From a virus (Duplodnaviria > Caudoviricetes), in the IMG/VR virus record IMGVR_UViG_3300005805_000109, positions 1 to 56,212 of that record: a DNA stretch of 56,212 nucleotides; one strand, given 5' to 3'. Positions 37,801 through 48,445 of the stretch are shown here, in pieces (position 1 is the stretch's first letter; each line of letters starts with the position of its first letter). The translations under genes were made by a program, and so were the position numbers. The notes beneath the pieces were generated by a model. It worked only from the letters and a program-made list of their open reading frames with translations, had not been told where the DNA came from and made no database searches.

Positions 37801-38670
37801 ATGGCACAAGTACCAACCGGGTACAATCTCCCGAAAACAGGAGTGGAGATGTCTGATGAAGAATTAAAAGCAAGTTTGATGGCGGATTACAAACAAACTG
37901 CGGTGAAGAAAACGAATTTTCCAACCGAAATAGTTCCACTTCCATCAAAAGGACTTCTTTATCCAGAAGGACATCCACTCGCAGACGGCTCCATCGAAAT
38001 GAAGTACATGACAGCAAAAGAAGAAGACATCTTGACATCACAGAATCTTATTAAGCAAGGTGTTGTTCTTGATAAGCTGTTTGAATCACTTATCGTGACA
38101 CCAATGAGATATGACGACCTATATTTGGGTGATAAGAATGCAATTATGATTGCTGCTCGAATTTTAGGTTACGGTAAAAATTATACAGTTGAAATTGACG
38201 ATCCTAGCTCACCGGGAACAAAACAAAAAGTAACAATAGATTTAACTGAAATAGAGCACAAGGAGGTGGATTTATCTCTATTCCAGAACCGCAACAATGA
38301 GTTTGATTTTGAATTACCACAATCAAAAAGGATCGTTACATTTAGATTGTTAACCAATACCATTGAAAAAGAGATTGATGCTGAATTGAAAGCAATGACA
38401 AAACAAATCAATCGAAGTGGTATTGATCGTATGTTAACAACAAGATTGAAGCATACTATTATTGCTGTTGACGGAGAAAGAGGCCGAGCAACAATCAATA
38501 ACTTTGTGGATAATGAGTTGTTTGCACAAGATTCTCGTGCTCTCCGTGCTTATATCAGAGATATTGCACCAGATTTGGACATGACCTTCACGTTTATTTC
38601 AGAATCAACTGGTGAGGCATTGGAATTAGCTATTCCAATGGATGTGTCCTTTTTTTGGCCTAACTCCTGA
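37801..38670 (+). CDS. Tail assembly chaperone / gp26-like baseplate hub assembly protein
   Basis: LPSKG, MTAKEEDIL, D.NAIMIAARI.GYG, ends FFWP; lies between the tube and tape measure genes. Confidence 0.75.
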   Translation: MAQVPTGYNLPKTGVEMSDEELKASLMADYKQTAVKKTNFPTEIVPLPSKGLLYPEGHPLADGSIEMKYMTAKEEDILTSQNLIKQGVVLDKLFESLIVTPMRYDDLYLGDKNAIMIAARILGYGKNYTVEIDDPSSPGTKQKVTIDLTEIEHKEVDLSLFQNRNNEFDFELPQSKRIVTFRLLTNTIEKEIDAELKAMTKQINRSGIDRMLTTRLKHTIIAVDGERGRATINNFVDNELFAQDSRALRAYIRDIAPDLDMTFTFISESTGEALELAIPMDVSFFWPNS

Positions 38671-38884
38671 TTATAAAATCGGTTTACACGAAGAAGTATT
38701 TTCATTGTGTTATTATAGTCAAGGTGGTTTTACATGGAGTGAAGTGTATGAGTTGCCTATTTATTTGAGAAGATTTTATATTCAACAAGTAAGTAAGGCG
38801 ATTGAAGCCAGAAATAAAGCGGAAACTGATGCAGCTTCAAAATCAAAAACTTCTTCACCAAAGTTTTCTCCGCCTCGACGGTAA
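38642..38884 (+). CDS. Chaperone C-terminal extension (gp51-like / GT-type), probably reached by frameshift
   Basis: GGFTWSEVYELPIYLRRFY; overlaps the upstream ORF in the +1 frame across a T7 run. Confidence 0.7.
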   Translation: MCPFFGLTPDYKIGLHEEVFSLCYYSQGGFTWSEVYELPIYLRRFYIQQVSKAIEARNKAETDAASKSKTSSPKFSPPRR

Positions 38885-38888
38885 TATT

Positions 38889-38929
38889 AAAAGTCCTCAT
38901 ATTTATTGGTATGAGGACTTTTCATTTTT
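38889..38929 (+). terminator. Terminator-like hairpin whose apex carries the TATTTAT motif
   Basis: AAAAGTCCTCATA-TTTATTGG-TATGAGGACTTTT (13-bp perfect stem), then CATTTTT. Confidence 0.75.
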
Positions 38930-38943
38930 AATGAGGCAGTAAC

Positions 38944-39219
38944 ATGAGTATAACAAAAGAACAACGTCGAATAATAAAAGAAGGCATACTCGATCGAGTA
39001 ATCGATTGGTATGTTAATAGACAATACTGGAAAGCGAAGAAAATGTTTGAAGACGATCCAGAATTGCAAGCTATAACAAAAAAGATGTTTGATCATTTGG
39101 AAAGTGCATCAAAAAAATTCGACGATTATTGTAAAAAATATGGCTGCGTTGAACCTACAAAGCATACTATGAAGCTGGAAAAACTAAAAGATATGCCTCG
39201 TGAAAAGAAAAAGAGATAA
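38944..39219 (+). CDS. Small hypothetical protein with IIKE|G leader
   Basis: 91-aa ORF with GAGG SD. Confidence 0.65.
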   Translation: MSITKEQRRIIKEGILDRVIDWYVNRQYWKAKKMFEDDPELQAITKKMFDHLESASKKFDDYCKKYGCVEPTKHTMKLEKLKDMPREKKKR

Positions 39220-39229
39220 TATAAGATAA

Positions 39230-42200
39230 ATGGCAAAACAAAAAGAAAATAATGATAACAAGGCGGCAGAAAATCAAAATCGATTAAATGATGCCTTACG
39301 AAAAAACTTTGACATTTTGAAGGGAATAAAAGACCTTGAAAGTGACAGTTTAGAGACGTATGCAGATCGACTAGATTTATCGAAACAGCTTTTTGAAAAC
39401 GCAAAATTAATAGCAACAGTCGAAGAAAAAATAAGTAAGTTCTCAGAAATAAACTCAGATCGAGCAAAGATACTCACCGAACAATACTCTGAATATAGAG
39501 ATCTAGTCGATGAAATTAGCGAAACATTTGGTGAAGTTGTAAAAAACTCAGAAAAAATTGCAGAATCGGATTTTGAAATTGTAGATTTATCTAAACAACA
39601 AAACAAACTTGTTCAAATGAGATATAGTCTTGAATTATCAAGAAATCTTATCGGTGAACAAGAATATGCGAGAGAAGTTGCTCTTATGGGTGTTTTGGAA
39701 GATAAATTAGGTGGGATGAATAAACTAAATGAAAGTCAAAAAAGAGCAAATGATCTGTCTCAAAAATTCTTATCCGATACCAAACTGACTGGATTTGCAT
39801 TCAACAATATTCTTGGTAAAATAGAACATATTATTGATGAAGTTGGTGGAGAAGGATTGGTTGGTAAATTTTTCGGTAAAAAAGCTGGCGCGATGCTTGA
39901 AAAAACAAAGGAAGATATTCAACACAAAGTAACACAGGCATTTCAACAAAGTGGTGATGCAGGAGTTAATGCATTTTCATTAACACAAATGGCACTTGGC
40001 TCATTTATGAAATTTGCGTTACCTGCACTTGGTGTTGCTGGTTTACTTGGTCTATTTTATGGTATTATACACGCAGTCGGACATTTAGACGAAGAACTTG
40101 CGGAAATCGGTAAAACATTTGCAGTGAATAGAGCCGAGGCGGATAAGATTCATCATATCGCCATCGATCTTTCAAAAGAAATGAAACTGGTTGGTATCAA
40201 TTCTGGTGAATTGGTCGAATCATTAAAAACATCGATGTCAATAATGAATGGTCTTAGCTTGGTTAAACCAATAAAAGAAGGAAACGAAGCGGCAAGCCAA
40301 CTTGTAAAAGATGTAACAGTATTAGGTGATAAATTTGGTTTATCTGGCGATGAGATAGAAGATATTCACACTTTTGCAACACTTGTTCGTAAACCTATTG
40401 GTCAAATAGTAAAAGAAAGTACAAAATTAGGTAAAGGTTTGTTAACCTCTAAACAGCAAGTTGCAATTTTATCAAAGATTTCACCGTCCATCGCGGTATC
40501 CTTCAAAAAAGGAACTCAAGAACTCATAAAAGCTGCACAAAAGGCAAAATTACTTGGAATCGAATTATCATCTGTTCAGTCATTTGGCGACGGTATATTA
40601 GATTTTGAATCTTCTCTTGCTAACGAAATGGAGGCAAGAGTTCTTACAGGCCGTAATATTAACTTTGATTTAGCTCGTCAATATGCTTTGAATAATGACA
40701 TTTCTTCATTACAAGATGAGATGTTGAATCAGTTAGGTTCGATGGAAGAATTTGGAAAGTTAAACAGAATCCAACAACAATCAATAGCAAAAGCATTTGG
40801 AATGGAAGTGGATGAAGTTGCAAAATTACTTGCAGCACAGGAAAAATTAAACGAGCTTGGTATCGACCAAGCCAAAATGGATAAAATACAAGCCATGAAC
40901 GCTGCCGAACTTTCCAATGAAATGAAAAAAACAAGCAATGAAAAATTGAAGGGATATTTGGTCACACTTGCAAAAGAAAAAGAATCTGCAACGATGAATG
41001 AACGAATATCTGATGCAATGAAAAAAGTAAAGGAAACGTTAGTTACAACATTAACGCCACTTGTAGAACAAGCACATCATTTCTTAGATTCAGCTGAAGG
41101 TGCAGAATTCTTGAAATCAACGGTGGAAGGTATAAAGATAATAATAGTGGGAATTGGTTCCGCTATAAAGGCAATTGGAACTGGTATATCTGCAATGAAT
41201 AATATGTTTGGAAAAACAGGAGCTGCGGTTGGTATAATCGGTGCAATTTTAGGCGGAATTGCAACATACTTCATAGGTAAGGCACTTATTGTTAAAGGAA
41301 TAGGTTTACTAACCGCGAAGATAATGGGGGCAACCACCGCAACAAATGCTCTCGCAGGTTCAATGCAAGCCGTTCAATCAGCTGGTTCTGGTTTAGGTGG
41401 AGCCGGTGGTGCAGGTCAACAACTAGCTTCATTTGGTTCTGGAATAACTCCATTTGCACAAAATGCAGTTGCACTCGGAATATCCTTAATTGCGTTTGCC
41501 GGTGCTCTTTGGATAACATCAAAGGCGTTTCAAGAGTTTGCAAAACTAGATTGGGATCAAGTTCTCGGTGGCATTGGAGTAATGGCCGCCATGGCTGGTG
41601 TTGCTGCTATACTTACCAAACTAGGTATAGTTATGGCGGCATCAGGTGGAACAATTGCACTCGGATTGATAGGGTTGGGAGCCGCATTGGTATTATTTTC
41701 TACATCTTTACTTGTTGCTGGAAAAGGTTTGGAATTGATTTCAAAAATTAACTGGAATGGATTTGAAGGAATGTTTACGGCATTAGTTAAAGTCGGTGCC
41801 TCATTTGCAATTTTAGGTATTGCTTCTCCACTTATTTATGCAGGTTCATTGGCTCTCGGTGTAGCAAGTGCCGCCTTATGGGGATTCTCAACTGCAATGT
41901 CTACACTAGCTAGGTCATTGAAATCTATAGCCGCACTTGGTGACATGAAAACCGTAGCCACGAATATTGCAAGTGGTCTTAAAGAATTTGCAAGCATACC
42001 GAAAGCGATGAACATAGAGCACTTGCAAAAATCCTTGCGAGGATTGACCACGGCATTGACTGGCTTAAACTTCAATCAATTTGTTCTGTTTGGTCAATTG
42101 GCAAAAACAGATATGAAAAACGCAGGAAAGAATATCGTCGAGGGTATTAATTCACTGGCAACTGTAACGAAAGATATTGATTTCGGTAATAGTGGATTCT

Positions 42201-42976
42201 TAGGATTTGGGAAAACTGGTATAAAAGCATCATTACAAACTTTTTCGGACACATTATCAGACCTAAATTTTGAAGGACTGAAAGCATTTGCAGAGATAGC
42301 CAAGGCCGATATGTCTAAAATAGGTCAGAACATAAACAAAGGCATTCAGTCGTTATCACAAATTGAAATTGGACAGGGTACTTCTAAATCAATTAATAAT
42401 GCAGCAAAATCATTTGCATTATTAAAGAACGCATTCGGTCAACTTGACTTTGAAGATGTTAAGGCATTTTCAGAACTGAATGCTTCAAAATTATCAGATG
42501 TTTCTTTTAAAATGAAAGATGTTGTGTTCAATCTATCACAGATTGGAAAAATGGGTGCATCTGGATTATCTGGACTATCTAAGATATTTGAAAATTTATC
42601 AACTGCAATTAATAAACTGGACACATCTAAATTATCTGACCTGTCAAAAATAAATGTAGAATCTCTCCAAAAAATATCATCAGTATTTAATCCACAAGTG
42701 ACTAAATCAACTGTAAAGAAAGAAGAGACAATCGCTGTAACAGGAACACCAACCACAGGTGCTCAAGTTTCTACAATTGAATCAGAATCTTCAAGAACAG
42801 AAAGAAAATTAGACCAGATGGTTTCTTTACTTGAAAAATTGGTCGGTACTTCAAAACAACCGGCACAAATAGTCATGAGATTAAATGATAGATTGATTGA
42901 TACATTCTTGACAGAGATCGAACGAAAACGCGATCAGAAGGTTTTGAATCTTCAAGGTAGAGGCAACGGCATATAA
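39230..42976 (+). CDS. Tail tape measure protein
   Basis: 1248 aa, helical, with A/G-rich hydrophobic repeats and LDFESSL..EMEA.VLTGR.IN...AR; follows the chaperone genes. Confidence 0.85.
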   Translation: MAKQKENNDNKAAENQNRLNDALRKNFDILKGIKDLESDSLETYADRLDLSKQLFENAKLIATVEEKISKFSEINSDRAKILTEQYSEYRDLVDEISETFGEVVKNSEKIAESDFEIVDLSKQQNKLVQMRYSLELSRNLIGEQEYAREVALMGVLEDKLGGMNKLNESQKRANDLSQKFLSDTKLTGFAFNNILGKIEHIIDEVGGEGLVGKFFGKKAGAMLEKTKEDIQHKVTQAFQQSGDAGVNAFSLTQMALGSFMKFALPALGVAGLLGLFYGIIHAVGHLDEELAEIGKTFAVNRAEADKIHHIAIDLSKEMKLVGINSGELVESLKTSMSIMNGLSLVKPIKEGNEAASQLVKDVTVLGDKFGLSGDEIEDIHTFATLVRKPIGQIVKESTKLGKGLLTSKQQVAILSKISPSIAVSFKKGTQELIKAAQKAKLLGIELSSVQSFGDGILDFESSLANEMEARVLTGRNINFDLARQYALNNDISSLQDEMLNQLGSMEEFGKLNRIQQQSIAKAFGMEVDEVAKLLAAQEKLNELGIDQAKMDKIQAMNAAELSNEMKKTSNEKLKGYLVTLAKEKESATMNERISDAMKKVKETLVTTLTPLVEQAHHFLDSAEGAEFLKSTVEGIKIIIVGIGSAIKAIGTGISAMNNMFGKTGAAVGIIGAILGGIATYFIGKALIVKGIGLLTAKIMGATTATNALAGSMQAVQSAGSGLGGAGGAGQQLASFGSGITPFAQNAVALGISLIAFAGALWITSKAFQEFAKLDWDQVLGGIGVMAAMAGVAAILTKLGIVMAASGGTIALGLIGLGAALVLFSTSLLVAGKGLELISKINWNGFEGMFTALVKVGASFAILGIASPLIYAGSLALGVASAALWGFSTAMSTLARSLKSIAALGDMKTVATNIASGLKEFASIPKAMNIEHLQKSLRGLTTALTGLNFNQFVLFGQLAKTDMKNAGKNIVEGINSLATVTKDIDFGNSGFLGFGKTGIKASLQTFSDTLSDLNFEGLKAFAEIAKADMSKIGQNINKGIQSLSQIEIGQGTSKSINNAAKSFALLKNAFGQLDFEDVKAFSELNASKLSDVSFKMKDVVFNLSQIGKMGASGLSGLSKIFENLSTAINKLDTSKLSDLSKINVESLQKISSVFNPQVTKSTVKKEETIAVTGTPTTGAQVSTIESESSRTERKLDQMVSLLEKLVGTSKQPAQIVMRLNDRLIDTFLTEIERKRDQKVLNLQGRGNGI

Positions 42977-43023
42977 CATAATTCCTGTTTTTCATATTTA
43001 TATGAAACACTTTGGGTATAAAA

Positions 43024-46000
43024 ATGGCATTAGTAGATTTACAATCTGACCTATCAAAATTTCGCTCTACCGTAAAAACCAATAGTGAAATAAAACCGGA
43101 AAATTCGGTAGCGAAATCTTCAAAATCATTCGGTGCGTTTCAACCAATCACCGATAAGTTATCTTCATTTTCTGTAAACGTCAATAGACCAAAAACACCA
43201 TCAGTTGAATCTAAACTTGATTCTACTAGATTAGATGACGTTATAAAAAAAATGAGGTCGGAACTTATTGTAAACTCCGTGTCTATATATAGTCCATTAA
43301 ATGCCACAAAAGATTCACCAACAGTCGGCAGAATATCAGTAGAGAATATCGTATCTAGATTTGGAGAAATTCGTCAAGAAGAATTTTCAACAAGATTGGA
43401 TAAATCGGATATTCTTATTTTACGAAATGATTATGGAACGAATAATCAATCTTCACCTATTGATGTAAATACATTATTAGCAAAAACATTAGATCGTAAA
43501 TCTAGCAGTCCAAATGTTTATAGAGTCGGTCAAACTGATGAAAAAACAAATTCAAGCCCAAATATAAACACAAAATCGAATGAGTCAATAAACAATATCA
43601 CCAATCCGAATATTGCAATTGATAAGTCAGTATTATCAACTGATCGTTCAAATGAAAGCCAAGATGTATTACTAACACGTCAAACAGACAATAAAGAAGT
43701 TAGTAGTCCTGACCCATTATTGATGTCAAAAACGGATGATAAGGCAAATAGTAGTCCAAACGTCATTGCGGTAAATCAATTTACCGATCGTTCAAATGAA
43801 AGCCCAAATATAAATTCAGTTCGTCAAAATTTAGATAAATCAGAATCTAGCCCAGACGTCTTCAAAATAAATCAAACTGATAATAAATCGGATTCAAGCC
43901 CAGACGTATTTGGTGTAAGAAAAACAGATAATAAAGAACAATCTTCTCCTGAAATACAAACTGGCGAAAGAGAATATGAAAACAATATAACCGATCCAGA
44001 TACAGAGGTTTTTGGAAAACCACTTTCATTTGATAGGCAAGGTCAATCCATTCTTATCAATAAGGATTTGGTATCGCCAATTAACAATATTATAAATCCA
44101 AATATTGCACTGGATGAAAACGTTCTGACATTTGATAGGACAAAACAATCTCCAGAAATATTCACTGAAACTATAAAATCTGGTCTTGTTGTAAATCCAA
44201 ATACACCAGTGGTACGAATAGAACAAGGAACATATCACCTGATTGACGAAAGTAGATTAAATTTAGATGGAATACCAATACGATTTGAACGTGGAACTAG
44301 AATTGCCGATAGAGAGCCATTACAGATTGCTGACACAAATCGTAGATATAATGGAGAAAGTGTCCAACTATCAGATACATCACAGTATAATATAGATGGA
44401 ATTCCACAAAAAACAAATCCAACTGGAAGAAATGAATCTTCTGATCGATCAATTTTATCAGTAAAAGGAAATCAAGAAGTAAACTTTTTTGATGTCAGTC
44501 GTCAATACACATCAGCTGGATTTACAAATAGAATTTCTTATTTGTCAACCGAATATAAAAATGGTGCATCCAAAAGAGATTGGGATGGAACCATACAAGA
44601 TGCTCCAAGTGTAAATGGGTTTAAAACATTTGTAGAATATGGTCAAACAGAATTTGCAAAAGATTCATCTAGGTTTGGTTGGTCGGGTGCAAACTCCTCT
44701 GCACCATCAGTAGATTACTTGGACGTGAGTAAGAAAAATGGTAAAAATGGATTTCATACTTTTGCTGCAAAATTAGATTCAAAGTTAAACGCAGAATCCT
44801 CTGAATTTGCATGGAAAGGTAACAGTAGAACATCACCCGAAACAAACTTTTTTGATATACCATCTAACTTTACAGAATCAGGATTTAATCGACTTGTTGG
44901 TATTCTTGATAGTAAATTTAAACGGGATTCATCTGTATATACATGGGGTGGTGCATCACAAAGTGCTCCATCAATAAATTCATTTTTGGATTCAAATTCG
45001 GAAGGATTCAAAACGTTTGTTCGGCAATTTCAAACAAACTTTAATTCAGAATCTTCAAAATTTGGATTCAAAGGTACAGTTCCCACTCCAGTTAATTTTT
45101 TCACAGATACAAATGGAACGGGATTTCAAACAAAACCTGTTAGTGGAGAAACTTCATTTGTAAAAGATTCGAGTATATTTTCATTTAAAGGTACTTCAAG
45201 ACAATCACCATCTGTAAACTTTATACAAGACACGATTAATAATGGATTTACAAATTTTGCACCGTCTTTGACGTCTGAGTTTAATACAGAATCATCCAGA
45301 TTTACATTTAAAGGAACTGGCAGAACTGCACCAGAAACAAATTTCTTCTTTGATACATCAAATGAAGGATTTAAAAGATGGACAGATTCTTTACAATCCA
45401 CGTATAAACCAAAAACAAGTAAATATACTTGGAACGGAAATAGACAAAATGCACCTGAAGTAAACTTTTTCTATATTGCTGGACAAAATCCAAATGCAAT
45501 TGCAGGATTTACAAAATTCTTCACGGATAAATCCGATCCAAAATTGTCTGATAATTATTCGGGACTTTCATTCTCTGGAACAACAATTCGATCATCAATT
45601 AGACCGGTTCCATACACTTCATATTTTGGATATACACCATATGAACGAAGTGGGTTTATGGTGAACATGTCTACATTTGATGGCACACTCTATCCAAATA
45701 TAAACCCAACTTTAAAATATAATGCAGACGCATCATCAAGATATGGTATAGAACAACTTCGTTCTTTAAGGAGCGGCCTGAAAACAGAGAATAATGAAAA
45801 ATACGCACCAAAATCTCTTGGTCCAAGACCTTGGCTTGATGGCACTTTGTCATCCACACTTGATTCACAAATACCAGACGGTGCTATAAAAACAGGTGCA
45901 AAAGCTGGCTCGTATCTAAACAAATATGAAAAATCATTGAAGGAAGGAACATCTAATCTTGGATTTCTTACAAAATGGGCAACAACAAGACGTTCACCAT

Positions 46001-48429
46001 CTCCACTTGATTTACAATATTCAAAGTATAAACTTCAAAAAGAATCTGTAAACAGAGAAGCTGCCGCATTTAATCAACCATTTATTGTTCGCGGTATTCA
46101 AAGAGATGGTGAAGTTGAAAATCAACGATGGGGATTTGGTGTAACGTTCGATGATGGACTTATACGTGGTGGTGCAGTTACACATGCAGAACGAATTGCT
46201 GCAGACGTTGCTCGTATAGGAAAATGGTCAATATCTATGAAGGGATTATTGTGGAACATCAAACAACTCGGATTGCAAGCAATGAATCCAGCGGTCGATG
46301 TAAATCCATCAAAACCAGAAGCTGGTGTATTTGGTGTATCATCAACACTTGTTTATAATCCACTCTCACTTATTGGAAATATTGCAGGTGCTTCACTTGG
46401 TATACGATTACCGAGACACGGTATTTTACCATTTAGTGTTAGCTATTTAAATCGATATGAAGATGCAACTGTTGCAAGAGAATTAAAGCATCAATTTACA
46501 AGTCCTGATTATACCGCGTTTGATGGATTGTTTCCACCAACTATTGCCAACAGACAAACATCATATAATCGATTAATTGGTTTAATGAAAGAATTGTTGC
46601 CAAATTCATTTAAACCTGTTGTTGCAAGAACAGATGGGTTTGACGCAACAATAAGTCAATTGACTCGTAAAGGTATAGAACTAGTTAAGGAATTATCAGG
46701 ACAAACTGGTATAACAAGAATATCGAGTAATTTTGGAGGACCACAATCATTTTTAGGAATAGGTGGTACACAAATAGATAGATCACGTCATCCATACTTG
46801 ACACATTATACCACGACTCCTCTTTTGATGTTAACTGGTGAACAAAAAGAACCACAATTTCCTGTGACATCAAAGAGAGATACCTATTATGCAGCCACAT
46901 CTATGTATAAGGACACATTTAATGATGCTCTTCGTGCAATTGCATATAATTTACCAAAAGGTCCTTACGAACGTAATGATGAAAATTTACCAAGAGATAA
47001 GAGCAAAATCAAACAAGTACAGCCATCTATTTTAAATCGAATTGTAAAACAAAATCCATTTGATACTCAATATGATTTATTTAAAAATAGATTGCGTGCC
47101 GTATCTGCAACAGATGTTTATAAAAATGGACAAATTTCCGATGGATTAAATCCAGATAATACAGATGCTCTCAATCCTATAAAATTATATCGTTCACTTG
47201 CATACGATAAATTAGGTGTTTCAAGAGACCGTAGACGTTCCAAAAATGGATCAACGGGTATGGGGGATTTAAATGATTTTAGAGCTGATCTAAATGATGA
47301 AGTCGGCAATTTAAAATTGTTTTCAACTGACCCATCTATATCAGATTACTCTGTAAACAATCTGGAAGATAGATACGGATTTGGAAAACATGGTAAAGTT
47401 GGTATAGACCGTAGTAAACCATTCAAAACTATGATTTCTTATGCTGAAAAAAATGGAGTTCCTGTACCTCAATTAAAAAATACGAACTCAGAATTTAGAG
47501 GTGACAGAATAAACATCATAGATTTCAAACGAGGTCAATTTGAAATTTCTCGTGATTTTGTATATGAGGTTGGTTCATATAAAAATGAAAGTATACCCGG
47601 TGCAGAGGATTTGGTTGAATTTTATTTTACAGGCGTGATGTTAAAAGGTACGGAATCAAGACCCGCCGAAGCAATCGCATTCAGAGCAACATTTGATTCT
47701 ATAAGTGATAACCACAATTCAGAATGGAAGAGTATTGAATATCTTGGACGTGCTGACCCACTTTATACTTATCAAGGATATGACAGAGATATTTCATTTT
47801 CTTTTACAGTTCACGTCACATCTCGTGATGAAATGAAAGCTACTTGGAGAAAATTAAATCATCTTGCATCATGGACTGCCCCAGAATACACGAAGGGTGG
47901 ATTTATGAGAGCGCCGATAATTCGTTTGAACATCGGTAATCTTTATAGAAAGATGCCAGGATTCCTTGCAAGTGTCCGATATACATTTGATAATACAGAA
48001 TCAACATGGGAAACTGCAAAATTAAAAGACGATCAACTTGTAAATGGTGCAAATGGTGGAGAAGTTTCTCCCGGTGTTCTTCAATTACCAAAGATGGTAC
48101 GTGTAGAGTGTGCATTTACACCGATAGGAATGTATCGACCAGAATACAATGGAATCATGTATTCATTGTATGATGATACGAATGCAGGTGGTCTTGAATC
48201 GGGACTTGTGCCACAAGATGACGTTCGAGTAAATTATTTCAAAACGTATGATGTAAATAGTGCTGGTTCACCATTGACATCGGACTTTAAACAAAATAAA
48301 GATTATTATAGAATAAAACCGGGTGAGGAAACAATTGCTCCGGAAATTATAGAAACAAACCGTGAAAATCTTGCTTCAACGGAAACATCTACAAATAGAA
48401 CTGGTACGGATGTAACCGGCAATGCTTAA
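43024..48429 (+). CDS. Very large repeat-rich baseplate/tail protein with a C-terminal tube-initiator-like domain
   Basis: Likely start MALVDL at 43024. SSP repeats, ~37-aa S.F.W.G....P.VNF...GF repeats, and C-terminal FRA...ISD...W....YLGRADP.YTY.GY.R.ISFSF. Confidence 0.65.
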   Translation: MALVDLQSDLSKFRSTVKTNSEIKPENSVAKSSKSFGAFQPITDKLSSFSVNVNRPKTPSVESKLDSTRLDDVIKKMRSELIVNSVSIYSPLNATKDSPTVGRISVENIVSRFGEIRQEEFSTRLDKSDILILRNDYGTNNQSSPIDVNTLLAKTLDRKSSSPNVYRVGQTDEKTNSSPNINTKSNESINNITNPNIAIDKSVLSTDRSNESQDVLLTRQTDNKEVSSPDPLLMSKTDDKANSSPNVIAVNQFTDRSNESPNINSVRQNLDKSESSPDVFKINQTDNKSDSSPDVFGVRKTDNKEQSSPEIQTGEREYENNITDPDTEVFGKPLSFDRQGQSILINKDLVSPINNIINPNIALDENVLTFDRTKQSPEIFTETIKSGLVVNPNTPVVRIEQGTYHLIDESRLNLDGIPIRFERGTRIADREPLQIADTNRRYNGESVQLSDTSQYNIDGIPQKTNPTGRNESSDRSILSVKGNQEVNFFDVSRQYTSAGFTNRISYLSTEYKNGASKRDWDGTIQDAPSVNGFKTFVEYGQTEFAKDSSRFGWSGANSSAPSVDYLDVSKKNGKNGFHTFAAKLDSKLNAESSEFAWKGNSRTSPETNFFDIPSNFTESGFNRLVGILDSKFKRDSSVYTWGGASQSAPSINSFLDSNSEGFKTFVRQFQTNFNSESSKFGFKGTVPTPVNFFTDTNGTGFQTKPVSGETSFVKDSSIFSFKGTSRQSPSVNFIQDTINNGFTNFAPSLTSEFNTESSRFTFKGTGRTAPETNFFFDTSNEGFKRWTDSLQSTYKPKTSKYTWNGNRQNAPEVNFFYIAGQNPNAIAGFTKFFTDKSDPKLSDNYSGLSFSGTTIRSSIRPVPYTSYFGYTPYERSGFMVNMSTFDGTLYPNINPTLKYNADASSRYGIEQLRSLRSGLKTENNEKYAPKSLGPRPWLDGTLSSTLDSQIPDGAIKTGAKAGSYLNKYEKSLKEGTSNLGFLTKWATTRRSPSPLDLQYSKYKLQKESVNREAAAFNQPFIVRGIQRDGEVENQRWGFGVTFDDGLIRGGAVTHAERIAADVARIGKWSISMKGLLWNIKQLGLQAMNPAVDVNPSKPEAGVFGVSSTLVYNPLSLIGNIAGASLGIRLPRHGILPFSVSYLNRYEDATVARELKHQFTSPDYTAFDGLFPPTIANRQTSYNRLIGLMKELLPNSFKPVVARTDGFDATISQLTRKGIELVKELSGQTGITRISSNFGGPQSFLGIGGTQIDRSRHPYLTHYTTTPLLMLTGEQKEPQFPVTSKRDTYYAATSMYKDTFNDALRAIAYNLPKGPYERNDENLPRDKSKIKQVQPSILNRIVKQNPFDTQYDLFKNRLRAVSATDVYKNGQISDGLNPDNTDALNPIKLYRSLAYDKLGVSRDRRRSKNGSTGMGDLNDFRADLNDEVGNLKLFSTDPSISDYSVNNLEDRYGFGKHGKVGIDRSKPFKTMISYAEKNGVPVPQLKNTNSEFRGDRINIIDFKRGQFEISRDFVYEVGSYKNESIPGAEDLVEFYFTGVMLKGTESRPAEAIAFRATFDSISDNHNSEWKSIEYLGRADPLYTYQGYDRDISFSFTVHVTSRDEMKATWRKLNHLASWTAPEYTKGGFMRAPIIRLNIGNLYRKMPGFLASVRYTFDNTESTWETAKLKDDQLVNGANGGEVSPGVLQLPKMVRVECAFTPIGMYRPEYNGIMYSLYDDTNAGGLESGLVPQDDVRVNYFKTYDVNSAGSPLTSDFKQNKDYYRIKPGEETIAPEIIETNRENLASTETSTNRTGTDVTGNA

Positions 48430-48445
48430 TAGATGAGGTTAAAAT

